Below are positions 28,237 to 42,907 of a stretch of 64,000 nucleotides of DNA, one piece after another. A program made the translations under genes and the position numbers. Position 1 is the stretch's first letter, and every line of letters begins with the position of its first letter. Under the pieces are notes generated by a model. The model was given only the letters and a program-made list of their open reading frames with translations. It was not told the DNA's origin and made no database searches. The stretch comes from Octopus vulgaris. Taxonomy: Eukaryota. The DNA lies in NCBI GenBank assembly GCA_951406725.2, contig OX597827.1, positions 81,158,001-81,222,000 of the forward strand, in the 5' to 3' direction.

Positions 28237-28498
28237 CACTGGTTCTCACCCAGGGTCCACATGACCCTTGGGGGCCCATATGACCCTTGGAGTTCCAGGT
28301 GGCTCTTAGGGGTTCACATAAGATTTTGTTAAAATTTATCAGTAATTAATTGCTTATGTTTCTACAGTTCCTAATAATATTTGATTAGAAATATATAATG
28401 GGACTTTTCTAAACATCAAATGTTTATTGGGATCCAGTGGAATAAAATAGGGAGCAAAAGGGTCCATAGGTAGAAAAAATGGTTGAGAAGCAAATGGG
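28237..28498. mobile_element. hAT (Charlie-like) MITE
   Basis: Degenerate TIRs CACTGGTTCTCACC / GGTTGAGAAGC...; 8-bp TSD GTCTAAAT/GTCTAAAG. Confidence 0.75.
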
Positions 28499-28609
28499 GT
28501 CTAAAGGGATGTTTTTCTCTTCTCCCTTTCCTAATCCTACTCCCCAACCACCTCTTCTGTATCATGCAAAATACCCCTATAAGGGTGGAGGTGTTGTGGC
28601 GATGGCGAT

Positions 28610-29067
28610 GAGGTAGATTGGTAGAATGGTAAGAGCACTGACCAAAATGCCTTTTGCTATTTGTTCAGGTTCCTTACGTTCTGAGTTCAAATCCTGCTGC
28701 AGTCAACTTTACTTTCCGTTCTTTTACAGTTATTCTTTTACTTGCTTCAGTCATTTGACTGTGGCCATACTGGAACACCACCTTTAGTTGAACAGATCGA
28801 CCCCCAGGTCTTAGTCATTGTAAGCCTAGTACTAATTCTATCAGTCTCTCTTGCCGAACCACTAAGTTATGGGGACATAAACACACCAACATCAGTTGTT
28901 AAGCAATAGTGGGTGGGAGGACAAACACAGACATACAAATACATATATATATTATATATATGGGGGGGGTCAATGAAATAAGTACCAGTTGTGTATTGAG
29001 GTAGATGTAATCGACTTGCTCCCACCCTTGAACTTGCTGGCCTTGTGCTAAAATTTGAAATCAATAT
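28610..29067 (+). mobile_element. SINE family B split by an antisense family-A 3' half (28733-28935)
   Basis: Family B 5' part ends ~28725 and resumes at ~28965 (GGGGTCAATGAAATAAGTACCAG). Confidence 0.75.
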
Positions 29068-29537
29068 TGTTCTGTGTGTGTGTGTGTGTGTATCCAAATG
29101 AGAAAATGCAAGTCTTTGTTGCAACTAGCATCGTCTATATGGTCATGTGACATCAACGTATCATCATCATCATCATAATGTCCACTGAAAATTGAAGGCT
29201 GGATGCCTTCCCTGTCTCCAACCTTCACTTATTTCCAAGCAAAGTAATAAGATTTCCCCATGGCCTGACATGAACATGATTTTGCAGAATATTGGAAATC
29301 AATGACACCATTTGTACGACAGTGACCCCCCCCCATCCCCATTTATGACTATTACACAATCTCAGGACAAAGACACACACACACACAGAAACATAATGAC
29401 TTAACTGGCCAAAACTTCGAAGTCACTGTCAATAATATTCCTGTTTCAGAATGTTTGTACTCTACACAAGTAATGAGTAACCCATCAGATTAATGCAAAA
29501 TTGGCTTTATTACAAATGAACAAAAAAGCAAACATTA

Positions 29538-29592
29538 ACATACATACACACATACATACATACATACATACATACACATATATACACATACA

Positions 29593-29626
<34 letters not shown>

Positions 29627-29627
29627 C

Positions 29628-29660
<33 letters not shown>

Positions 29661-29672
29661 CACATACATACA

Positions 29673-29706
<34 letters not shown>

Positions 29707-29733
29707 CACATACATACATACATACATATATAC

Positions 29734-29766
<33 letters not shown>

Positions 29767-30026
29767 CACATACATACATACATACATACATATGTACATA
29801 CATACATACATACATACATACATACATACATACATACATACATACATACATACATACATGCATACATACATACATACATACATACATACATACATACATA
29901 CACACACACATACATACATACATACATACATACATACATACATACATACATACATGCATGCATACATACATACATACATACATACATACATACATACATA
30001 CATACATACATACATACATACATACA

Positions 30027-30060
<34 letters not shown>

Positions 30061-30172
30061 CACATACATACATACATACATACATATATACATACATACA
30101 TACATACATACATACATACATACATACATACATACATACATACATACATACATACATACATACATACATACA

Positions 30173-30236
<64 letters not shown>

Positions 30237-30346
30237 CACATACATACATACATACATACATATATACACATACATACATACATACATACATACATACATA
30301 CATACATACATACATACATACATACATACATACATACATACATACA

Positions 30347-30380
<34 letters not shown>

Positions 30381-30410
30381 CATACATACATACATACATA
30401 CATACATACA

Positions 30411-30444
<34 letters not shown>

Positions 30445-30474
30445 CATACATATATACATACATACATACATATG

Positions 30475-30505
<31 letters not shown>

Positions 30506-30565
30506 GTACATACATACATACATACATATATACACATACATACATACATACATATGTACATGCAT
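29538..30565 (+). repeat. ~1-kb (TACA)n microsatellite
   Basis: Seen directly; source of the 336-406 aa spurious ORFs. Confidence 0.97.
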
Positions 30566-30602
30566 ATACAAATATATTTATGTGTAAATATTTTACACAC
30601 GT

Positions 30603-30866
30603 GGAGGCGCAATGGCCCAGGGGTTAGGGCAGCGGACTCGCTGTCGTAGGATCGCGGTTTCGATTCCCAGACCGGACGTTGTGAGTGTTTATTGAGTGAA
30701 AACACCTAAAAGCTCCATGAGGCCCCGGCAGGGGGTGGTGGTGATCCCTGCTGTACCCTTTCACCACTCTTTCTCTCACTCTTTCTTCTGTTGGCCTGCT
30801 CGCTTAGCCAGCGGGGTGGAGTCATTCGAAGGCTAAAACAATGCGAACGCATTGTGACCAGCGATG
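30603..30866 (+). mobile_element. tRNA-derived SINE, third family (possibly octopus OR-type)
   Basis: A box TGGCCCAGGGG, B box GGTTTCGATTCC, tRNA-like head, many CpGs retained. The family name is tentative. Confidence 0.75.
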
Positions 30867-30913
30867 GACTGGTCGGTCACATGACCACGTGATATTACAC
30901 ACACACACACACA

Positions 30914-31073
30914 ATGGGCTTCTTTCAGTTTCTGTCTACCAAATCCACTCACCAAGTTCTTGGTGACCTGGAGCTGTTGAAGAAGGCCCATGCTGAAGGT
31001 GCAACACTGCAGGACTGAACCCAAGACCCTGTGGTTGGGAATCAGACTTCCCAATCGCACAACCACAACCACA
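30914..31073 (-). mobile_element. SINE family A, 5' half
   Basis: TTTCAGTTTCTGTCTACCAAATCCACTCAC ... GGACTGAACCC. Confidence 0.75.
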
Positions 31074-31749
31074 TCTGAGCCTATTGTGACCTCTGCGTGT
31101 GTGTGTGTCTTTAGCTCCTCTGAAGGAATATCCTTTTTTTGCTAGATTTTACTTGCAGACATGGTGGAATTCCGGCACCAAACTTTATTTTGGTGATTTT
31201 GTCAGAGAAAGGATGGCCAATAATCATGATTTTATCAAGGTGAAGATTGTGCAAAGTAGAGCAGAGGGTAGCCTCTACCTGAAGATCTGACCTCAAGAAA
31301 CTCCACGAAAAGTACCCAAACACATCTGCCATCAACAGGAACTGGCCATCAGATCAGATTCCACACACTTCTGTTGACCAAATCTCTCTCAGTTTGGCCG
31401 ACTTGAGACTAATAGAAAATACTTAAGAGAGCATATGGTGGGGTATCCTTGATATAAGGTGGAAGAGATATGCCCAGGGTATCATGTGGCAGAAGACTCA
31501 GGTCCAGGGTACCATAAGGTGCAATGGACATACCTTAGGTACCACTCATGGTAGTGTACACAAGTACAAGGTACCCTAGGGTCAGAACGAACCTCACAAT
31601 CACGATGCCACGCATTTTGTTCACAGCCAAGCCATTTTCTGAGAGTTCCATCTTTATACAAAGTGCTGTGATTATCCAATGTGTCCTTTCTTTTTAAAAA
31701 CTGTAAAATTTGAGGAGCGAAAGGAATTTTGAGTATTTTGGCTGATAAT

Positions 31750-32015
31750 CGTAAAGTTGTGAGTTTGATTATGGCAGGCCATTGAGTCGTTGAGCAAGTC
31801 TCTTCATTTCCCATTGCTCCAGTCCACGAGTAGCACCGGTAATTTGATGAGCCAACTGTGACCCATTCTGTGTCATGTTGAATCTCTCCGAGAGCTTGCA
31901 TTAAAGGTACGCATGTCGGTGGCGTGCTCAGCCGCTTGCCCGTTAATTTCATGCGGAGGCTGTTTCATCGATCGGATTGGTTGGAACACTCTTCGTCATA
32001 ACTGATGGAGTGACG
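31750..32015 (+). mobile_element. Decayed SINE, fourth family
   Basis: B-box-like GTGAGTTTGATT followed by TTGAGCAAG...TTGCTCCAGTCCAC, resembling a conserved SINE central domain. Confidence 0.45.
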
Positions 32016-32946
32016 GTTTTAATTTGAGGAAGATTTCTCTGCTATTTCTAGCAGATCGAGTGATGTCACTGTTTTGACTGTCATTGTCCTTGTGTTTGTG
32101 CACAAGTGTGAAACACAAAAATACCAGTAATACAATGGAGTTCTAATTTTCAAAGCACACTTCCTTTATATCTTCCATCATAATGACCCTGAGAGGATGA
32201 AAGGTGCATCTGACCTCAACAAGATTTGAACTCAGAATATATAGAGTCACACCTCCACACCAGTGGATGTTTTGTCCAACAGCCTATTCATACTTTCCAA
32301 TCGATGCACTGACGTTGGTACCAGTAATATACTGTGGCTATTTTATTGACAACACTGTCTCTGCTGTCCCCATCTCGCTCTCTCTCTCTCCTCCTCCCTC
32401 TCCTCATCAATCCTTCACATTCTAAAATCTATAGAAGAGAGTGATTAATTCAAAGAGGGCGTTACCGTAAATTAAAATGAATGATGAGTCAGCAGAAATA
32501 GCCGGAGGATCTTGCCAATCGTGCTTTCAGATAATTAGGGACAGTTTTAGAGAGTGGGCAAGGGGTGGGGTCAGTTGAGTTAGGGGTTTCTTGTTGATAA
32601 AGGACCACTGATATTAGATATTCAATACCACCTTAGCAACTAACACACCCCTCTCTCTCTCACTCTCACTCTAGCATTCTGTGTATCTCTATAGCCTTCT
32701 CTCTCCCCTTCTCCTCTCTCACTCTCCTTTCTCCTCTCTCTCTCTTTTAATGACTCTCTGTCACTCCTCTCTCTCTTTCTCTGTCTCAGTTATATTGTGT
32801 GAGTGAACAAACATAATTTCCCCATGGAGAGGATGCTAGTCTATTGTAGCTCTATTCCTCACTTCCTATTAAACAATAACAACAGCAAATTGTTTGCTCA
32901 AATAGAAAGAATGACAGAATGAATTAGGGAAGAAGAGAGAAGGATG

Positions 32947-32974
<28 letters not shown>

Positions 32975-32977
<3 letters not shown>

Positions 32978-33160
32978 TGAGATAGACAGAGATAAAGAGA
33001 TGGAGGGCGAGAGAGAGTGAGAGAGACAGAGATAAAGAGATGGAGGGCGAGAGAGAGGGAGAGAGAGAGTGAGAGAGACAGAGATAAAGAGATGGAGGGC
33101 GAGAGAGAGGAGAGAGAGAGTGAGAGAGACAGAGATAAAGAGATGGAGGGCGAGAGAGAG
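32975..33160 (+). repeat. ~40-52-bp purine-rich minisatellite, 4 copies
   Basis: Unit core GACAGAGATAAAGAGATGGAGGGCGAGAGAG. Confidence 0.85.
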
Positions 33161-33300
33161 AGTTATTTAGCACATACACGTGTAGATGTGTCAATATGTC
33201 TCTGTGTGTCTGCAAGTATGTGTATGTTTGTGTGTGTACATGTGTGTATATGTATGTGTGTGTGTGTGTGTGCATGTCAGAGAGGGAGAGAGAGAGAAAA

Positions 33301-33385
<85 letters not shown>

Positions 33386-33714
33386 ATGGGTGCTCTTGAA
33401 GGCCAGTATGGAATTGGTTATGAAGGCAGTGTTGTGTGGATGTGAGGCATATCTCCTCCGGGCTAGAACATCAGTTTGTCACACCTGTCGTTTCCCCCAA
33501 GATGTGAGGCCTATTGCCTACAGCTAGATTAACAACTGAAGTGGTGGGCCAGGGTGGCTGGGGAGAGAGAGAGAGCAAGAGATAGATAGATAGAGAGATA
33601 GAGAGAGAGATGGAAAACTGTGATTTTGTTGATCTGTCAAAACCAGATTACTACATAGAAACATAGAGGTGATGGTGGTGTTGGTGGTGGTGATAGTACT
33701 ACTACTACTACTAC

Positions 33715-33780
<66 letters not shown>

Positions 33781-34051
33781 CAGCAGTAGTAGTGATGGTG
33801 GTGGTAGTAGTAGTAGTAGTAGTAGCAAGAGTGATGGTGATGATGGTGATGATGATGACAGCAAAGATAGTGATGTTGATGATGATAATGATGAATATGG
33901 TGTGTGTGTACGTGTGTGTTTGCAAATGTGTGTGTTTGCAAATGTGGATGCTAAATATGGATGTGCATTTGTGTGTGTGAGTGTGTGTGTGTGCATGCGT
34001 GTGTATCAATATGTGTGTGTCTTGTCAACAATTGAAAAATTGACACAGCTG

Positions 34052-34096
<45 letters not shown>

Positions 34097-35090
34097 TATG
34101 TGTGTGTGTGTGTGTGCATTATAAAAGTGTGTGTGTGTGTGTGTGCATTATAAAAGTGTGTGTGTGTGTGTGTGCATTATAAAAGTGTGTGTGTGTGTGT
34201 TTGGATGGATGTGTCTTGTCAAGCATGGAAAATTGACAAGAATCGGAAGGAGTGCATGCATATGTGTGGGCTCAAGTGTGCGTATGCGTGTGTATGTGTC
34301 CTTGTACTATTGTGTATGTTTAAATGTGTGTATGTGAATCTTTTAGTGAGTGTGTGTATGTGTAAATGTATTTAAATTTTCTAGAGTGTGTGTGTGTGTG
34401 CGTGTACATGTGTGTCCTTGTACTGTTGTGTAATATGTGTGTGTGTGTGTGTGTGTGCATCTTTCAGTTTGTGCATATACATGTCTGTCTGTGTGTGTGT
34501 GTGTGTGTGTCCTTGTACTATTGTGAAATGTGTATGTATGTGCATATTTTAGCTTGTGTGTGTACATGTGTGTGTGTCCGTTTGTGTTATTGTGTGTATG
34601 TGTGCGTGCATGCATGGCTATTATTCCCATTGTAAGGACTGCAAGTCTCCTGTGATGTGACCCCCTTGCCACGGTTGCCCCCACCGCCACCACCACCACC
34701 ACCACCACCACCACCACCACCACTACAGTCCTTCCTTCATCTCAATCATTTCATCTCTCCTAAAACATCCTCCTCCTCTCCCCCCACCCCTTCATCATTA
34801 ATGACTTCCTGGAGATGGAGATGGAGATGGGGGGGCAGAGTTACTAATAAAACTACTGCTACTACTACTGCACTAGTAGTAGTAGTAGTAGTAATACAGC
34901 AGAAACAAATACCACCACCAACACCACTACCACCGCTGCCGCCACCATCACCACCACCTACTACTACTGCTGATACTATTACTACTACTACTGCTGCTGC
35001 TGCTACTACTACTTCTACTACTACCACCACCACCACTACTACTACTGCTGCTGCTGCTGATACTACTACTACTACTACTAGTGCTGCTGA

Positions 35091-35122
<32 letters not shown>

Positions 35123-36260
35123 TTGATTGGTATTATGACCAACCATGCTACTAGTACTATCACCGATACTACAATTACTATCACCACCATCCATTCTATC
35201 CCCTACTGTCATCATCAATCATCACTGACACCACCACCACCACCTCACCCCTATGCCAGCCCCCACCCCACCCCAACTTCAACAACAACAACAACAAGCA
35301 CTATCAACCTTTATATGCCTCAGCCATACTAATTCAACCACAATAACAACACCACCATTTCAACTGCCCCTTTTCTCCCACTTCCTGCATTTCTTGCGCT
35401 CTTCATATTCCCCACATTTCCTCAGCATCATTCTCCATCAATACTCCCTCCCTTCATCTTCTTCCAGCCCTATGTTCTATCCCCACATTTCTTAAACTTG
35501 CTTTATAAAAGCTACTTTTCTGCAACGAGAAAAACCCCTTGGTGGCCAGCAGTTTCCTAAACTACGTCCACCCCTCTCTTCTTACCCTAGTAGACTGTCG
35601 CTGCATTCACTGATACCCCTAATTACGTCACCAAGGTAACAAACCCTATCAGTAGTGTTCTCTAAAGACGTAACTTAACCCTTTATTTCATGGATTCCTA
35701 ATGTTAAGTTGTCCCTTATTTATGAAACCCTGGTACCCCATCAGTTGCCCAGCTATTCCACAGTCCTAACAGCTGCATGATCCTCTATACCTGAAGCTCA
35801 GGTACTCTGTCAGTCTCCAGGTACTCCACAATACTCCTGTAAATCCAGTCCTGCTAATCCCTCCACATCCTATACAGCTATATAATCCTCTATATCTGAA
35901 GGCTTAGAACTCACTTCAAGAAGTGTGAGGTGTGAGAGGACATGCCAGGACATAGTTCAGGCATTGAGGTAGAAAAAGACAACTAAATAACTACTACGAC
36001 CACCACTGAGAAAATATAATTGGAATGGGGGAGCTGGTAACGCAGCCTCCACACTCTTGCCTCACCTGTTAGAAATAGCTGTCATGTCACCTTTAAATCT
36101 TAATGATGATTCTTAATAGAGAACACATAGGACAATGTAACTTCTCAAGCTCAAAAAGTTGGGATGGTCACGGATGGATCTGGTTTGATTAGGAGCAAAA
36201 TGTTAGAGTGAAAAGTTAGAGAAAGAGGGAAAGGAAGCACCATTTAGCCAGGAGACTCAA

Positions 36261-36612
36261 TGTGGCTGTGTGGTAAGAAGCTGGCTTTCCAACCACAGGG
36301 TTCTGGGCTCAATCCCAATGCATGGTATCTTGGGCAAGTGTCTTTTACTGTTGCCCCACTGACAAAAAGCCTTTCAGAGTGGATTTGCTAGATGGAAACT
36401 GAAAGAAGCCCATTGTCTATATATTTGTGTGTGTTTGTCCCCCACTACTGCTTGACAACTTGTGTTGGTGTGTTTACATCCCCCATAACTTAGCTGTTTG
36501 GTGAAGGTGACTGACAGAATAAGTAGCAGACTTAAACAAAATAGGTCCTGGGGTCGCGATTCATTCGACTAAAAATTCTTCAAGGTGGTGCCCCAGACAA
36601 AAGATAAAAGAT
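36261..36612 (+). mobile_element. SINE family A, older copy
   Basis: Colinear with 36946-37370. Confidence 0.85.
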
Positions 36613-36816
36613 AATTGGTTTGTTTATTATTTTAGTAGGGATGGTGGAGGTGGGGGTGTGTAGAGAGGAGGGGGGAGCAGCAGTGAGTCAAGGGGAGATA
36701 ACTGGTGTGACTAACAGGCCATGCAAGAAACAAACATTTGCACTCACACACACATACAAACATTTACATACATACACACATATATAGATATATGTGTGTG
36801 TGTGCATGTGTGTATG

Positions 36817-36877
<61 letters not shown>

Positions 36878-36880
36878 TAC

Positions 36881-36945
<65 letters not shown>

Positions 36946-36947
<2 letters not shown>

Positions 36948-37370
36948 CGCAGGAGTGGCTGTGTGGTAAGTAGCTTGCTAACCAACCACATGGTTCCGGG
37001 TTCAGTCCCACTGCGTGGCATCTTGGGCAAGTGTCTTCTGCTATAGCCCCGGGCCGACCAATGCCTTGTGAGTGGATTTGGTAGACGGAAACTGAAAGAA
37101 GCCTGTCGTATATGTATATATATATATATGTATGTGTATGTGTATGTGTGTGTGTGTGTTTGTGTGTCTGTGTTTGCCCCCTAGCATTGCTTGACAACCG
37201 ATGCTGGTGTGTTTACGTCCCTGTCACTTAGCGGTTCGGCAAAAGAGACCGATAGAATAAGTACTGGGCTTACAAAGAATAAGTTCCGGGGTCGATTTCC
37301 TCGACTAAAAAGGCGGTGCTCCAGCATGGCCGCAGTCAAATGACTGAAACAAGTAAAAGAGTAAAAAAAA
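36946..37370 (+). mobile_element. SINE family A, young full-length copy
   Basis: GGCGCAGGAGTGGCTGTGTGGTAAG ... GGTTCAGTCCC ... GACTGAAACAAGTAAAAGAG; CpGs retained; inserted in (TA)n. Confidence 0.92.
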
Positions 37371-37613
37371 TAGAGTATATATAAATCGAGTAGGGGAGAT
37401 AGAGAGAGAGAAAGAGTGAGAGAGAGTATTTCTTTATTCACCATAAGGTTGAGAAAAAGAGGGGACAATACGGGGACAGACAAAACAAACGTTGGGGTCA
37501 GGGTATCGAATAAGACGAAACGTATGTATAAACAAACAATTAAAATATAAACAATTAAATGAGAATGAGTGATTAACAAAATATGAAGTGGAGAGAGAGA
37601 GAGAGAGAGAGAG

Positions 37614-37647
<34 letters not shown>

Positions 37648-37974
37648 GTAGTAAGGTTAATAAATACAGATAAGCTTGATATATATTTACACACGGCACA
37701 AAACACAAATTATAAAATAAAAAAACACAGAGAGAAATTATGTAATGTTTTCATCTAAACAGCTGTTTCGTGAAGCCAAGAGCTATGTAACAACCATAAT
37801 TTACAGGTGCTATGTGCTTAATCTCATAGGTATGACATTACGGCGTCAGTTTTGCTTTGAACGAAGAAGTCAGAATTTAAGTTCACATTCGTTTCAGCAA
37901 TACGACCCTGTGTTATCTATACTGAACTTATGAGACTCTCACCAATACACTGTGTGTGTGTGTGTGCGTGCGTG

Positions 37975-38044
<70 letters not shown>

Positions 38045-38111
38045 ATGCAAGTACCCTTACAGTTATGTGTGCATATATATGTGTGCATATATGTGTGTAT
38101 ATATACATATG

Positions 38112-38158
<47 letters not shown>

Positions 38159-38164
38159 CTATAT

Positions 38165-38206
<42 letters not shown>

Positions 38207-38272
38207 CATATGTATGTATTTATATATATATGTATGTGTGTATATATATACATATATATATTATATAATATG

Positions 38273-38312
<40 letters not shown>

Positions 38313-38893
38313 CATACACATACATACATATACATATGTAGACATATACATACATATATATGTACAGACATTCATATGTACATCCAAAGGGGGAGAAAGA
38401 GAGAGATAGAGAGAAAGAGAGAGAGAGGAAGAGCAGAGAGAGAAGGAGAGAGGGAGAGAGCAGAGAGAGAGGAAGAGAGAGAGAGAGCAGAGAGAGGGGG
38501 GAGATGAAGCTAGTAAATTTATTGATCAGTTGTGTGTGATTTCCAAAAGATTGCAGCTAAATCTCAATTGGAATAGATTAGGGGAACAATTGAATTCTGA
38601 TTAAGGGGGTCTTTTTATTCTGTCCTTAGGGGGAGATGCTGTCCTTTTCTAGTTAACAAGGAACTCTTTCAGTGCAACGGTTCCCAATTTCCTTCTCTAC
38701 CCACCCCCAACCTCCCTGAAGATATGTGTCTTTGTGTCAATGCATATATAACATGTGTGTGTGTGTGTGTATATATATGCACACACACACGCATGTATGT
38801 ATAATGTTTCATGCTTACATCTACAACAATTTTAAGTAGATAGATACATATGTTTGAAGACACATGCACTCACACACACACACCCATTTAATG

Positions 38894-38934
<41 letters not shown>

Positions 38935-39914
38935 ATGAAGAAATATACAGATCTGAAGGTATCTGTATAGAAACATAAATCTATACAGTCTGATGTGTTA
39001 TTTACTAATACTTACAACTCACACACACACACACACTCATACAGATACCTTGTGTGTGTGTGTGTGTATGTGTGCATGTGCGAGTGCATTAGCATGGACA
39101 TGTAGATACATGGGTAAAGGCAGAAATACAAAGAGAAAATATGAAAATATGTTTGTGCGTTTCTATGTAAGTATGAGTGTGTCTGTCTACCTTTATAGCG
39201 ATCATTCTCTCTCTCTCTCTCTCTATCTCTCTCCCTATACATCACATCATCTTATTATGAGTATCAATCACTGTGGGCCCCATTGCAGATCCTCTGGCAG
39301 TCAGCAATCACTCGTCACTTCTGTCCTATCTCATACACAAAAGGCCCCACAGTATTCAGACTGAGATTTTTCTCTGTTCACCTCTTCTGTGCCCTCTTTC
39401 ATTTGTGATCTGGAGAATAGAGAGAGAACCATATCAGGATCCCTTGCAAACTTTCAGTGTTTCATTGTAGGAAGGACCATTTCCCCACTACCGACATCTT
39501 GGGTCTTTTGCTGCCAAAACAAAAGCTTTTTGTTTTGTGATGTATGAACGAGATAGATAGCAACCTTCCGTAGCCCTGGGATTTCAATAGCTGGATGTTC
39601 CGTTTTGACTGTAAGGATCCAGCTTTCACCCCTGGACACCCACCAGGGACATTTACAGCTAAGAAACCATAAAAGAAAATTTACTGTTGCAAGTGTGTTT
39701 CAATGGCATTTAATTTCATCCTGATAAATGAAGCCAGACTGAATCTTGCTCAAAGAGGACCCTAACTGTATAAAGGGATCTATCTCTAGGTTCTGTACGA
39801 TGGAGATTGCTTTGTTTTGTTTGTGGTTGTTGTTTAGAATTTTGATATTTTCTGAACCGAGCCATAACGGTCAGTCGGCAGAACTATTAGAATGTCCATA
39901 AGCAAGTTTTAGAT

Positions 39915-40128
39915 GGGCAGCGAGTTGGCTGGTTGGTCACCATGCTGGGCAAAACGTTTAGCAGCAATTTGTCTGTCTTTATATTCTAAGTTCAAATTCT
40001 GCAGAGGTTGACTTTCCCCTTCGTCATTTTGGGGTTGATAAATAAGGACCAGTTGTGTCCTGGGGTCAATATAATCAACTTAGCCACAACCCCAAATTGC
40101 TGGCCTTGTGTCAAAATTTGAAATCAAT
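39915..40128 (+). mobile_element. SINE family B
   Basis: Colinear with 23782-23996. Confidence 0.8.
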
Positions 40129-40429
40129 ACTTTCTGAACTGATTTCCATTTCATCACGTCCTGAGACTCTCTCCAGTTTGGTGGTATCCCCTGGAGTTCT
40201 GCTCCCCTAACAGTCATGGGATGGAAGCCAGACTATCTCTTCTCTGGGAAGATGTTGAAAAACATTGAGAAAACAGTACTTTGGAGTAAAGATTGTTTGC
40301 CAACATAACATGGCAATCCTGGTTTAGGACGAATGTTGCTGTAATTTAGCCCCAGGAGATATCGTCTCCAGCTGGCTATACAACCCGATCTGTGTCCTTA
40401 TATTTTCAAACAAGAGAATCTAGCACCCT

Positions 40430-40950
40430 CACTCAGCTCAAAACAATATCTGCATGGTCACTTCGAGGCCATATCCTTTTGGATCCTCGTTATCTTGAGG
40501 CACACTTCCAACTCTCACTCTGGCAACGTGTTTGCCACAATACATTGGAAGTAGTATCCATTTTGTTGTCCGTAATGGGTCCGTGGAGTGGGTTATGACA
40601 TCTTCTTCATTGCCAAACCATACTTCCACTGTGCCATACTTCCTTCCACGTGTATAGAATGTGGTCAATTATTTCACATTTTCGAGGCATTCCTCTATTT
40701 CTTCTGTCGGAGCGACCTCTATCTTGTCCGAGGACATAGACAACGTCCTGTGTACTACCGTCCTCTTTGCTACACTGTTCATCAGTTCTTCTGGAGGGGT
40801 CAGCTTTGGTCTGGATCCCTCTTTTTTTTACCAATTTTTTGTATCAATTTCTATTTCCTGTACTTCCAGGGTGTTGGCCTGTATTCCTTGGGTCGTTGCC
40901 ACCACGTAACTTTGTCTATTCTCCATCTCTCTCTTCCTTTCTCCACTTCT
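40430..40950 (-). mobile_element. Degraded ORF1-like fragment of a non-LTR retrotransposon (L1/Tx1-like, tentative)
   Basis: Frameshifted complex peptide TRGRKYGTVEVWF ... LLPMYCGKHVARVRVGSVP, suggestive of an RRM-type ORF1. Not verified by search. Confidence 0.4.
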
Positions 40951-42108
40951 CTCATAGACGAAGAATATACAGATGCAAACAAAACAGTAACTAAAATTCA
41001 ACAATTAAAACAATTCATCGAATCTTGGACTTCTACAACAAACATACAATATCAGTGTGTAATGATTCAAACTCATGTCGAAGAAATCACTACCAACACT
41101 CATGCGTGACCCCGCACCTCATTTGCAAAAAACAAAAAAATTGTTCAGCTAGAGGTGACACTGCCACTCTTATTGCAGACACATGGATATTTGTGGGTCT
41201 GATGAGATAACATCCAACTAGTCTGTTGTCAGGAATACACCATACCTCTGTCTTATTCAAGGACTTATTGTACATTTAGACATGCAGTGTGAATATTTTG
41301 TACTCTTCCTAAAGTCCACTCCATTTTGGTACTCATGATGAGACTATGTACTCCAAAATGCAGTGATCAATTGTATGGAGTACAGTATGACAGCCTGGTA
41401 GACATATTGTACTCTGTCTCTGTCTGTCTGTCTGTCTCTCTGTGTCAGTTAATGTTGTAGTTGTTGCTTGGCCCCAGGTTAGCTTTGACCCAACCCATTT
41501 ATGATCCAAACCATTCCAGCCATGACAAGTCCATCTTAGTAGCAGGGTCCCTTGTTCAGGTGTTCCAGGGTTTTGAGGAGTGGGGAGCCACCTCTTGGTC
41601 ACTATTGTCCCTACATCTACTCTGACTCAGTGTAGTAGCAGCTGTCCCAGCCGGGGGTTAATTAGGGCTTTGCCTATGTCTGTATGTGAAGACTGCATCC
41701 AGTGGATACTGTGGAAGAAATCTTCATGGTTGAATGGAAGAGTAGACAGTTGCAGCCATACAGTTTGGAGTGCAGAGAGCAATATGGGGCAGTAAGGCAT
41801 CTTTGGTCATCCACTGCATCCATCTCCATCCGCGGTCATCTCAATCCGGTCTTGCCACTGGATTGAAGACAGTCATGGATGAGAGAGTGAGGTTGATGAT
41901 GTGCATCACTTTAAACAAAGTCACCATGCAAAAGATCAGTCATCGTTAAAGGCTGACTAGATGCTCTTCTATGCTCCAAGAGACCAACATGGGTTTAATC
42001 CAAGGTTGGCCCTGATTAGGCAAGCAGATGATTAAAGGCATGCTAGCCATGACATCCTGCCTTCCAGGGTGATTCATCACCACCACCACCACCACCACCA
42101 CCAAAACC

Positions 42109-42142
<34 letters not shown>

Positions 42143-42370
42143 TCACCATTACCTCCATCTCCATCATCATTCTATATCCACTTTCCATTCTGTCATGGGT
42201 GGGACCAGTCATAATGAGCCAAGGCATTTGACACCTATTAAATGTGGTAATAAGGTAAAATATAAATCTGGTATGGTTGTTAATTATAGAAGATCAATCA
42301 ATTATGTAGTGGCTGTTTAAAACCCTAAAAACTGATTTACAATCTGTGACAATGCTATGACTATGGTCAA

Positions 42371-42570
42371 AATCACAAGGGTCTACCCTCAACCACAAGG
42401 TTCTACCCTCAACCACAAGGGTCTACCCTCAACCACAAGGGTCTACCCTCAACCACAAGGGTCTACTCTCAACCACAAGGGTCTACCCTCAACCACAAGG
42501 GTCTACCATCAACCACAAGGGTCTACCCTCAACCACAAGGGTCTACCATCAACCACAAGGGTCTACCCTC
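42371..42570 (+). repeat. Minisatellite, 10 x 20 bp (AACCACAAGGGTCTACCCTC)
   Basis: Exact 20-bp period with 0-1 substitution per unit. Confidence 0.97.
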
Positions 42571-42907
42571 TCATCCACACTTTTAACATACATCTTCACA
42601 ACCTCCTTCCACACACACTCTCAAACCCAGATGATATCAAAGCCAAAATTTATTGAAAAAAAACTGTATCTTGTTCTTATCTTCCATTTTTGACTTGGTT
42701 TTGATAGCTGGATGCCTTTTCTGTTATCGACTACTTTACAATGATTACCGAGTACTCTTCACCTGGCACCAGCACTAGTGATGTTGTGCTATCCATCAGC
42801 TAGACCAATGAATCCTCGTGGCTTTGTGCTGTGGTGTTGCTCCAAGACAATATGACCAAGATATACATATATACACACGTGTGTGTGTGTGTGTGTGTGC
42901 ATACATG

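Noticed and set aside
27901-28332. 143-aa complex ORF
   Set aside because: Non-ATG start, runs into a hAT MITE, and has no recognisable domain.
30603-30675. tRNA gene
   Set aside because: The acceptor stem does not close and the sequence continues into a SINE body. The same applies to 52130-52204.
29485-30705. ORFs of 209-406 aa (MYVC and HTYI repeats)
   Set aside because: Translations of the (TACA)n microsatellite, which is stop-free by composition.
37755-37775. GAAACAGCUGUU hammerhead 3' half on the minus strand
   Set aside because: No matching CUGANGA strand found nearby.
42371-42570. CRISPR-like regular repeat
   Set aside because: No unique spacers, eukaryotic context and no cas genes.
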